Positions 1 to 10,242 of a stretch of DNA of 17,811 nt are shown here, in pieces; the first letter of the stretch is position 1; the number at the start of each line of letters is the position of its first letter. The position numbers and the translations under genes are program-made. The stretch lies in assembly GCA_024626585.2 (NCBI GenBank), contig JANKJI020000001.1, positions 18,885,409-18,903,219 of the forward strand, read 5' to 3'. The notes under the pieces are model-generated. The model ran no database searches, was not told where the DNA came from, and worked only from the letters and a program-made list of their open reading frames with translations. The stretch is from Ginkgo biloba (taxonomy: Eukaryota; Plantae; Ginkgophyta).

Positions 1-1927
1 CTTTGAATTATTCCTTGAGTTCTTACGTACCAAGCGATAAACTTCTGATTTTAATTTTTTTTTACTAAGAAATAAATTGACAATTCCTTCTGCAAATTGT
101 AAGTTGACTCTCATGTGAGACAGCAATTATGTGCACTCTTATTTTCAATCCTATTTTAATGGATATAAAGCTTTCTAATTTTGGGAATTTGTTTCCAACT
201 CTTTAACTTGTTATAAAGCCTTACAAGGCATTGTTTTTTTTTATTTAATATGAACAATCGTTTACATATGACCGCCGCTTGTGAATGTGATTATTGTTGA
301 TTTCAAACCTCTTCCCGCATACACATTCTTAGTTCCATATCACATGGACACTAAAGGCACCCATAATAAGTAGACTAGTGAAATAATTCAGCAAACAATA
401 TTTACAGATGAAGAATTTCAAATTGAGTAGATGAGGAATTTAGATTGAGCGATCTGAATTTCATTCCTACCCTTGAGTTCCTTGGGTAGCAAAATAAAGA
501 AAAACAAGGGGACTTTGGCGCTACTTCCTTACAGACCTCAAGCTTACAGGGATTTATCCTCAGTCCTCAATTGGATGGTCATTAGCATTGCTTCATAGTG
601 CCATTGGCATTAATGTGGGTGCTCGGAGAACTATTAATTTTAGAATTGCAACAGATTTTGATTTATAGGCTTAGGTCGAGCTACCCTTATTGGTATCCAG
701 ATGTTGGGGCCAATTTTTGTCCTCAACCATGATATGAATCGGCATGGTATTTCTTGGTCAACCTCTACTCTGTAAATACTTTAATTGTACACTTTTTCTC
801 CTTACTACCTAGCCGACATTGCCTTGACCGATGCATTGACATTGTTCAAAAGCCTGTACTAAGCCACAACATTCAATAATTTGGAGTGAGATTACATACC
901 GATGTTGACTGTGAAGTATTAGAATAATTGAATCCATATATCATAAGCTTCCATTCAAGCACCTTGTTAGCCTCATATTCTATAAATCCTAAATGCTTTA
1001 ATCGATAGAAGATTCTCTTCGGAGCAGGGCCTCTTTCCTCTTTCCTCCTCCCTCAATGCCTGTGTTGACAGAAAACCCCCTAAATGAAGTCAGATTTAAC
1101 TGAAATTTTATGGCCATTTTTGTCCTAAACCTCCTGAGCATCTATGTAATATTTTAGAGCCAAAATCCTCTCCAAGTAAAAGTAATTAACCTACTGAGTC
1201 TTGAAATATCCAAGCTCAATCCATGCTAAAAGTCCCTAAAGCTTGCAACCTTTACTTGATGTGATCACGAGCCTAAATTTCACCGGTTACGATTTTCTAC
1301 CGCTCTGAATGCATTGGCACCATGATTTTTTTCTAGCTCACGAGTGTTAAGCATTTCAACACTCTTTCCCACCTATCCTTTGCCTTACCATCAATGCTTG
1401 TGTTGCCTCCTACATGTAATTCAAATTATACCTCCATTGGGCCAACTCCTAATGAACTATACCTGCTTTTTATTGACTAAATTCTTGATTCCTACAATGG
1501 ATCCCTACGTGGTGCGTGCATCGGCCAATGCGGTGTCCAAAATATGCCAATAGGTTACTCTAGAATATTTCTCCTTTTATGAAAAGTATATTGTACTAGA
1601 CATTGTGCATTGTGTTTTTATATATTTAGACTAAGTAAATCCCATAAGCCTATTACGTAATACCTTTAAGGTAGGAAGTGTGATATAGGTAAATTTCCTA
1701 TGATTGATGATTTTGCAGTGTCTAATTCAAACACTTTCAATATATATATTACATAAACTATTAGATTGAATTTAAAACTAATTGTTGTAAAATGTTCTTC
1801 ACATAGAGTTTCCTTAAGGTAGAAGAAGGGCATGCTCAAAATTAATCTTATACGTTAGAAAATAACTATAGAGCTTTAGGGAGAGCTATCCTTACAAAGA
1901 GATTTGACAGCAAGAAAGAAAGGAAAA

Positions 1928-1994
1928 ATTAGTCAATGGGACTAGGAATTAATATCCACGAATGTCCAACATTAGTCAATGGGACTAGCAATTA
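1928..1994. repeat. 24-bp direct repeat, 2 copies, 43-bp period, 1 mismatch
   Basis: ATTAGTCAATGGGACTAG(G/C)AATTA at 1928 and 1971. Confidence 0.9.
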
Positions 1995-2104
1995 CATCAT
2001 GTATACTTTTCAAGGATGCAAGAAAGCATGATCCAACATACCTAGAAAAAAACATAAAACAAAATAAAGAATATAAAATATAGTAGTATGAATACATATT
2101 GTGA

Positions 2105-2235
2105 GATACAAGTACAAGCGCACAAGTTGTGTCAACATCCACTCCAAAGTACCCTAAGGCCTTCCAAAAATTTTCACATGGTGTAAGGCCTCCAACAATA
2201 AAGTTGTAGAGATCATTAGCAATGTCCATCGATCA
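2105..2235 (-). mobile_element. Possible Gypsy integrase core remnant
   Basis: With one frameshift it reads W....IST/NFIVGGLTP......ALGYFGVDVD, resembling W..ISMDFIVGLP....GYD.I.VVVD. Same strand as the PBS at 3178. Weak. Confidence 0.3.
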
Positions 2236-3166
2236 TTAACAGAGGTCTGAGGGACTCCCTTGAGATATCTTATGTCTTGAGATTTGTCCTAGTGGAGCTC
2301 AATTGTGAAATGCTAGGAATAGTTGTAATAACGAGAGAATAGAAATTATCTCTCCTCACATCCAAGCCCAATGCCCATCTCAAAGAAGTTAAGAAATAAG
2401 TGATGTTGCATTGGCTAAATTCGTAGGCCTATAAGTCCTTATAATGGCCTACTAGATGTCTACGTCAGTTGTCAAGAAGTCTAGGACAAGGAGTAGTGCC
2501 TCTTAGATTTGTGGGTGGAACTAGAGATATCAGATATATCTAAGGGGGCACTTTTGGCCAACAACTCTAAGTAGAAGCTAAAAGAAGTAATATATATCTT
2601 CTCTTTCTCTATCTATCGACAAGTGTCATTTATCCAATAATAGCTCACTAATGAAAAGGGATGGACACTTCTAATCCTTACATCTAAAGAAGGTGGAAAG
2701 GGATCCATCTAAGCTCCTAAATAAATGTTATCTCAATCTAATGTTGTATTAAACTTGACACCTAAAAACGAAATGTTTTATATCTCAACATAAAAAGAAC
2801 AAAGTCTACAAATACATAAATGATTGGGAATAGAATGATCTATCTCCACCTCAAGTTGATGAAAGTATACACAGAGTTGATCAAGTAGAAATCTTAACCT
2901 GCAGGACCAGTGATGTCTAAAGGTACTTTAGGAGAATAGTGACACCATCAAAGATATAAACGAAGTGTTGACCATAAAAAGCTAACTTGCCACTAAGGGG
3001 TTAGGGGGAGAAATCCATGTAGACAAAAGGTATCTCAAAGAGAGATCATCTCAAACAACTATATTTATCCCCTTAGACGAGAGGAGATGAGTAGGAGCAT
3101 CTAAAAAGAATATAAAAGGGGACATGTGGTCAATTGAGATGCTTAGGGTCTATAAGAGTGTTAAAA

Positions 3167-3181
3167 CCTTTGATACCAATG
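3167..3181 (-). promoter_or_regulatory. Degenerate tRNA-iMet PBS next to an LTR-terminal CA
   Basis: Minus strand reads CA-T-TGGTATCAAAGG, 10/12 with TGGTATCAGAGC. Confidence 0.45.
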
Positions 3182-4484
3182 CCGCCTAGAGATAGAATGA
3201 TCAAGGGCAACGAATCTCTCTAAAGAGTAAAGGGCTACATGTGGATACTTATTCCTCCTAGAGATAATATATGACATGCCAAAAGTAATTATTGTGAAAA
3301 GCATGTGAATATTGGTTAGGTCCCAAATATTATTCCAGATGGTAGCCCACTCAAGAAAAATATAAGAGATCCAAAATAATGCAGTATAAGGTGGACAAGG
3401 TTGAAGCTTAAATATTTTTTGAGTGAAGCTTCAAGTGGTTGGCTTTAAACTACTCACATGGGAAAAATAAACAAAAAAAATTATGATATCAAGGATACTT
3501 TATCAATCTATGGCATGTTCTCTCTTTGGGCATAGCCTACATTTCTAATGTTTGGACAAATAATGCTTGTGTTCTTAGCTTTGGCTTGAGCACTCTTGCT
3601 TCTTAAGAACATAAAGTTGGTGGACTAGTCATCCANNNNNNNNNNNNNNNNNNNNNNNNNNNNNNNNNNNNNNNNNNNNNNNNNNNTTCCATAGTTTACT
3701 TACACACATAAATAAGTGTTCAATCATTTAAAAAAGATAAAATCTCTTCTATTTGAATTATTCATGTATAGAGCTTAATTTTTTTTTCATTTCGAGGGGA
3801 CCAATTTAGGCTCTTGGACTTCAAATCAAGTCTTCCAATCATCCAAGTTTTTATTGCACATTGATTGAAAGTCTTGGAAGGAGGTTGGTTACTTTCTAGA
3901 GACGAATGTCTCCCAAATAGGAGTATAAATGAAATGTTATTCAATAGAATAAACCTTCTACATATTATGGATCATCTATGTGTATCGTTGAATTAGCCTA
4001 TGTGCTTCTTGCCATTGTTGCTGCAATGTTAAAATCACTACTCCACTCTATGTTTTCGTTGTGCCATTACTAATTTGAAACAAAAAGAATAAACTTTGAA
4101 GTGATGTAGGTTTGACACCATAAAAAAAAAATTGTGAATATCGTAATGGGGAGAATTTAAGAATTATGATATCATCATAAATTGAACAAGTTCATTAAAT
4201 TTAAATTTAATAGATTACATAAATGCCAATGCCTATTACTATTCGCATGACTTCGATGATGCTTATACTCAATCATATTTACCATAGAAAGCACGAGTCT
4301 AAGGGGCACCTTTATTCCACATATTTTAAAAATGGTGGGCATAACAATTAAATGATATGTATAGACATGAACAACTAGGTTATTGTTAGGATATCCCTCA
4401 TTAAAGTTTCTTAAAGCAAGAAGGGATATATGCTTTTTATATATAGCTTTAAACAAATACAACCATTACAATCAAATTTTCACA

Positions 4485-4624
4485 AGGAATGCTAGTAATG
4501 CTTGTTAATTGTGGAAAAAGCTAAAGACGAAGTATGAAACATCAGATAAAGGTAGAGCCCTATATTTAAAAAATTTATTGTACTCTACTAAGCTGGCAGA
4601 AGGAGGTTCTATCTCAAAACATTT
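4485..4624 (+). mobile_element. Ty1/Copia gag fragment (UBN2/Retrotran_gag_2-like), degenerate, runs into a gap
   Basis: RNASNAC*LWKKLKTKYETSDKGRALYLKNLLYSTKLAEGGSISKH matches the Copia gag pattern A..LW.KL...Y......R..YL...L...K..EG.S...H. In-frame TAA at 4506-4508. Confidence 0.85.
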
Positions 4625-5688
4625 NNNNNNNNNNNNNNNNNNNNNNNNNNNNNNNNNNNNNNNNNNNNNNNNNNNNNNNNNNNNNNNNNNNNNNNNNNNN
4701 NNNNNNNNNNNNNNNNNNNNNNNNNNNNNNNNNNNNNNNNNNNNNNNNNNNNNNNNNNNNNNNNNNNNNNNNNNNNNNNNNNNNNNNNNNNNNNNNNNNN
4801 NNNNNNNNNNNNNNNNNNNNNNNNNNNNNNNNNNNNNNNNNNCGAATAACTCATATTTATTTAATGATAAATCCAATATTGAGGGAAAGATTCCATTTTA
4901 GGGGATATAGTTATCATGGTCCATATAGGGTCATGAGCATCATGTTACATGATACTTTATAATGGTTTTTTTTTTTTATGTGCCATGGAGATGGGTCCCT
5001 ATGATAAAACATTGAGTATGGAAAAACTATATGATCTCTAAATCACTTAGTGTCACCTTTCTGTCCTTGAAATAAAAATAGATTATATCTCTTAAAAGCT
5101 ATTTGAACTAGAGAATGTTTCAAGAGATAAAATTAATCATCATAATTAATATACCTATTAGGAAAATTTTAAATTGAGTTAAAAAGTTAAATTTGTCCTT
5201 TGTTTATGTGTTAGCATATGTATGGCTTGAAAATTTATAGTCAAGAGATTCTCAACCTTCTGAGTAATTTTATTTTATGCACTTTTAATCATATCAAAAA
5301 AGCTTGAAAAATATTAAAATATTTTTTTCTTAATTTATATACAATGGCATATAACCATTATATATTAACTTTAATCACTCTACATTGTCCAATCTAATTT
5401 TCTAAACAAAAATCGAAAATGTTGCTCAAAGTGGAATGTAATATAGAGGAATGAAATCTTTATCTTGTTTGTTCAAAGTGGACATAAGGTCTAAGAATTG
5501 CCAATTCTGTGAAAGGCTTTTCACACACTAAGCTCAAGACTATTCAAATAATGCAATTTTCTAGCTTCCATTCAAGGTAGATGGATTTTGAAAGTATAGT
5601 TTAACAAAAAAAGATAAGCATTGGAAAGCATATGTGAAAAAGTGATATTGTACATTTTCTATATTTCCAATCATCAACGTATGCCATA

Positions 5689-5922
5689 TCATTCACTACT
5701 TTTATCTTCTGAGAAGGTTTCATTCGCTTGTACACTTAAAGGTAATAGTGATTGAACTACAATGAGTGTAAACGTATGCTCAACCAATACAATTACTTCC
5801 TTTTGAATACTCCTAATGCGAAGCATTTGCAAATCATTTTGGGCATCAAGTTCCCGAACCACACTTCTTGCCATTTTTGCTAAGCTTGGGAATTGTGCAA
5901 TATATTTTGCTGCAACTTCTTC
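5689..5922 (-). CDS. DYNLRB: Dynein light chain, Roadblock/LC7 family; terminal coding exon (77 aa + TGA)
   Basis: Minus-strand translation: EEVAAKYIAQFPSLAKMARSVVRELDAQNDLQMLRIRSIQKEVIVLVEHTFTLIVVQSLLPLSVQANETFSEDKSSE*. ARSVVRELDAQNDLQMLRIRS..E....LIVVQ matches the Roadblock/LC7 signature as I recall it ([23 protein letters not shown].E....LIVIQ). The exon is preceded by branch point CTAAC (5949-5945), a U-rich tract and acceptor TTTTAG (AG at 5924-5923), phase 0. The ORF-track ATG at 5874 is internal. Confidence 0.93.
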   Translation of the reverse strand, partial: EEVAAKYIAQFPSLAKMARSVVRELDAQNDLQMLRIRSIQKEVIVLVEHTFTLIVVQSLLPLSVQANETFSEDKSSE

Positions 5923-6174
5923 CTAAAAGAATGACAATAATCATGTTAGAACCTCTCAAGTGTCCAATATTCAATATCAAAACCAAACATTCTTTAACAA
6001 ATTATAATCCAATGTTATAACATTATTACATGATTGACATATTCTTTACTTTTGAAAATGCATATATCAAAAGAGGCGTNNNNNNNNNNNNNNNNNNNNN
6101 NNNNNNNNNNNNNNNNNNNNNNNNNNNNNNNNNNNNNNNNNNNNNNNNNNNNNNNNNNNNNNNNNNNNTTATAC
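5923..6174 (-). other. GT-AG intron of the Roadblock/LC7 gene (nominally 252 nt, including the 89-N gap at 6080-6168)
   Basis: GT donor, CTAAC branch point and TTTTAG acceptor; splicing restores a continuous LC7 protein. Confidence 0.85.
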
Positions 6175-6237
6175 ATCAACAATGCTAGAGTATGGAAGGT
6201 TCCCCTCTTTATCCACAATAATAACTCCTATAACATT
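6175..6237 (-). CDS. DYNLRB: Dynein light chain, Roadblock/LC7 family; 63-nt coding exon (5' boundary uncertain)
   Basis: Translates NVIGVIIVDKEGNLPYSSIVD, matching the family segment GV.G.IVVN.EG.P..ST.D. Flanked by GTGCAG| and |GTATAA (GT at 6174-6173). It joins the 5922 exon in phase 0 with the expected spacing to the conserved Tyr. Absent from the ORF track. Confidence 0.88.
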
Positions 6238-6670
6238 CTGCACCCACAAAGAGAACTGACCAATTCTTAATGCTTCCAAATACATCCATCTAAAATGTAC
6301 ATATAAAAGAAAAAACTAATTTAGAAAAAAGTCTCAAATATAAAGCAAACAACAAAAAACTAAACATGATCAACATCTAATTTAGACATTAGATAGTTTT
6401 TTTGAAAAATATATAAAAAGTTTGTATGATTTTAAAACTTCAATTTCTTAAAATGGAAAACAACATTACTTCAAAGAATTCTTGATAAGATTATATACCT
6501 AAGCTATGCTTTTATATCCATGGAATATTGATTCAGGTTGGATCTAAAGAAGGACGATAATTATTAGCTTCAATTTCACAGTGGCAAAAGTTGATACCCT
6601 TAAGAAAAAACACAAATTGGTTTATAAATCAATCATGTTTGATCATTAGGACTAAACCAAAGTTATCGAT

Positions 6671-6723
6671 AGGGTACAAGGGGAAGTGCCCCTTAGTGAG
6701 GTCCTAAGGGTAGTGTCTCTAAT
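6671..6723 (+). repeat. Degenerate ~26-bp GC-richer tandem unit, 2 copies
   Basis: AGGGTACAAGGGGAAGTGCCCCTTAGT followed by GAGGTCCTAAGGGTAGTGTCTCTAAT. Confidence 0.4.
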
Positions 6724-7058
6724 AGAGTATAGGCTCCATTGTCTATCACCATCTTGCACTTTAAAACATTTAAGTCTTATAATTTTTGCTAAAGAAAGAG
6801 TATGTTAGAGAAAATGGTCAAAGTCATATGCAAACATAAAATTACAATGAGTTGTGACATCTACAACAAGTTTTGACAAGTATGATCAAAAGTTAAATTT
6901 TAAGAAACTTTCCTATCACCATAATGCAAGTCAATTCTTATAACTTGATTGATTCAGAAACTCCATACAATAGGTTTTTAAATTTCACTGGTAGATTGAA
7001 GAAGGCATGCTCCTACAAGATGGATAAATCATCCAAACTTAGTAAATAGTGCAAGTTA

Positions 7059-8343
7059 AAGACTTAATGCATCATGTTGTAAAATCAAAGATGGTTGTCA
7101 AAATTACAAAAGACTCCAAAAAGTGACAAAAATCCCTAATATAATAAGGAGTTGTGATCACTAGACGATGTTTATTCATTACGATAAACAATGGAAGATG
7201 AATTATAGAGTTGTAACAAGTTGTAAAAACACAAAGTGCTCTAACATAACAAATGATTGCAATAAATTAACGACTGAGATTGATTACGATAGATGAAGGA
7301 CTAAGATTGAAGGACAATGGTGCAACAAGTTGTAAAAATGACAAAAGTACCCAAAATTAATGAAAATCTCTAATGAGTGACACAAGGCTTTAATAAGGGG
7401 ACAAACCACCCCAACGACGTTACAGAGCACCTGAGAACCACTAATACGATAACTTAGTTGCCACATCAATTCCTCTGCCACGTGGCAAATCTCCATGTCA
7501 TTAAATTTCAACCAAAATGGTGAAACAAACAATTTTATAACTGCGTTGACAATTATAGTTAGAGGTTTTATAAAAGCTTAAAGAGCTCAGAATGAACAAT
7601 TCTTCTTTGTTCCTTTTGGTTACCAATAGAAAGGGTGAGACATCAAGAGAAGACCAAGTGNNNNNNNNNNNNNNNNNNNNNNNNNNNNNNNNNNNNNNNN
7701 NNNNNNNNNNNNNNNNNNNNNNNNNNNNNNNNNNNNNNNNNNNNNNNNNNNNNNNNNNNNAAGTCTTAGTGTAGCATGTTGTAAACTCAGAGGTTGTAGT
7801 CAAAATAAAAAAAGACTAAAAAATGACAAAAGGCCTCAACATAAGAAGGGGCTTCGATTAATGAACAATATTTGTTTCTCATGACCAATGATGCCAGATG
7901 AATTATAAAGCCATGACAAGTTGTGAAAATACAAAGTTCTTTGACATAATAAATGGCTTCGATAGATCAACAAGTGAGATTAACTCCAATAGATCAATGA
8001 TGCAAAATGAAGTGCAATGGCACAAGAAGTTGTAGAAGCGACAAAAGGCCTCGAAATTGCCAAAGAGCTCCAACTAGTGATTAGATGCTCTAACAAGGGG
8101 ACAAGTTGCCCTGACGACATGATAGGATGCCCGAGAGCAACCCACATGCCAGCTCAACTACTGCATCAACTCTCTGCCACATGGCAAGCCTCCATCTCAT
8201 TCAGTTTTGGTTGAGATGTAACTGCTTTCATAGTTATAGTTGGAGGAATTACAAAAGCTCACGAGAGCTCAGAAGGAGGAAGGTCCTTTCAATTTCTTTT
8301 GGTTAACAATAGAAAGGGTGAGACATCAAGAGAAGACCAAGTG
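7059..8343 (+). repeat. Two diverged, collinear ~600-bp copies (7059-7660 and 7761-8343) of an LTR-like unit, separated by a 100-N gap
   Basis: Shared blocks in the same order at about 700 bp offset: CATGTTGTAAA, AGATGAATTATA, ACAAGTTGT, AAGGGGACAA, CTCTGCCAC.TGGCAA, AGAGCTCAGAA, and an identical terminal 37 bp. The unit may start at TGTGACA (6853) and extend to about 8698. Confidence 0.85.
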
Positions 8344-9099
8344 TTCATGGAGGTCCAAGATAGACCTCCCATTTCTTCCTTCTTCTTCAAACTTTAAGTT
8401 TAAACTCCTATTCTATAAATTTTAACTTAATCCTCGTGTGAGGCAACAATTCTATACACTCTGATAAGGAATCCTCTCTTGAGAGATATTAAGCTTTATA
8501 AATTTGTGAACTTTCATTCCAATTCCATGCTTATTGTAAATCTCTACAAAATATTTCATTTCTTTTTCTTTAATAAAATCAACCTTTTTATATATGACTG
8601 CAACTAGTGAATGTAAATTTTATACTTTCCTTATTTTGCTTATGCCATATACATTCTTGGTTCTAAATCAAATATTATTTGGGACCGTATTTGTTTCATT
8701 AAATTATAAAAGAACTATATAAATGCACTTGAAATAAAGCTTGTGTTGGAATATTTTAAGTCATTTTAAAAATCAAGAATTATTTAGATAATAACCTCTA
8801 TAATCTAATTACTAGAGCTTATTTCAACTTTAGTTAACAAAATAACATTAATAAATGTAGACTATTCCCCTAAATTCATGATAATTCTACTAAAAAAATC
8901 TTAACTTCCTATTTAAGATAGATTAACAGACAAGATCCAAGAAAATATATGAATCTCTACAATGGTATTAAAGGAACAAAATAATGTAAAAAAATTATAT
9001 TGCGATGATTTCCACAATAGTAGTTGAACAAATACATAGAACTCACTTGTTTATTGATAACATATATTTTCCAATTAGAGAGATTAATAATTTAGGAAC

Positions 9100-9625
9100 A
9101 TAAACTTATTGAAGAATTTTGTGACTTTGGAGCATCTTTGTCACTTTATTTATCCTTGGATGGTTTCCCCCCAATAACAATGAATTTTGTTTATGAATCT
9201 TTCTATGAGAGCAACCCCAACTACTTTTATGATAAAATATAACAATATTCCAAGATTTATATAAATCTAGGATCACATACACATAAAATAAAGACTCTAT
9301 GTGTTATAGCCCAAATTTCCACCAAGGGAACATGAAATAATCTGCTCATTAGACAAGAAAAAAACTTCCTCTGTTGTCTTACCCATTTTTAACCTATGGT
9401 GGAAAACTAACCGTTGTGAAACTAAATAAGAATCTTTGAGGAAAAAACTTTGTATATGAAATTTTGAATTATCTTTCAACTAAATGAAAGTCCCTCATTA
9501 TCAAAAGAGATGAATGCAACGATGAGGTTAGTCCAATGCACAAAAGTACATACTCTTATCCCAAGAGATTTATAAGGGCAAGAAGCTTCACGCCACTTCT
9601 ACGTAAACAAATGTCATCTTCATAC
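9100..9625 (-). mobile_element. Heavily decayed Ty3/Gypsy pol remnant (RNase H end, linker, integrase zinc-binding region)
   Basis: In order on the minus strand: DDICLRR..LLALINLLG*E (cf. ADALSRR..LL...GFE), FFLKDSYLV..RL (cf. F.L.DG.LF...RL), SLGGNLGYNT (cf. GGHFG..KT), and LLGGNHPRINKVTKML. Motif resemblance by eye only. Confidence 0.4.
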
Positions 9626-10242
9626 AAATCATCTTGAGTAACAACACAAGGAAATACTAATAGATCATATCAAGTTAACAATACAAAGATATTCTATTAG
9701 ATTAAGGAGAAACTACTAATGAAAATATGTCAGTTTGGATCAAGAATGACAAAATGATGTCCTAAAACTCTATAGGATTTCACTCTAACAATACACTACT
9801 AGTGTAGAGAAGAGCAAATTCGGAAAGACTACACATTGAGGGAGGTGGATAAGTCACTAATTTGGCTTCCAAACTCCCCTGATTTTTCTCTCCCTTTCTA
9901 TTTATCTTCAACATCTCATATGATTATCTCAATACAACTTTTAAGAGACATTTTGCTCTTGTTTCATATCCAATTATTTTCAATATGAATATAATTGGAA
10001 CTAGATTTGTTTGTTATTTATTTGTATGTTGAAGTGCTTTGTAGATTTATATAACGATGGCAGTTGTGCGATTATAAGAGAGAATCACCTTTAAGCTTCC
10101 CTCCTTATGCATTTCTTTCATCATTCCTATATTTCCATACAGNNNNNNNNNNNNNNNNNNNNNNNNNNNNNNNNNNNNNNNNNNNNNNNNNNNNNNNNNN
10201 NNNNNNNNNNNNNNNNNNNNNNNNNNNNNNNNNNNNNNNNNN

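Noticed and set aside
1-1560. Probable LTR/UTR-derived DNA (TCCTTGAGTTC/CCTTGAGTTCC at ~12 and ~472) and the ORF at 1344-1553
   Set aside because: No boundaries, PBS/PPT or protein motif that I could support; left unannotated.
1928-1994. Repeat-spacer-repeat resembling a mini CRISPR array
   Set aside because: Only two copies, a 19-bp spacer, no cas genes, and a eukaryotic context.
8017-8425. Plus-strand ORFs inside the duplicated unit
   Set aside because: The frames are not preserved in the other copy and there is no recognisable domain.
9110-9150. MLQSHK on the minus strand as the missing first LC7 exon
   Set aside because: No GT donor after HK, a stop follows three codons later, and the context fits an integrase remnant better.
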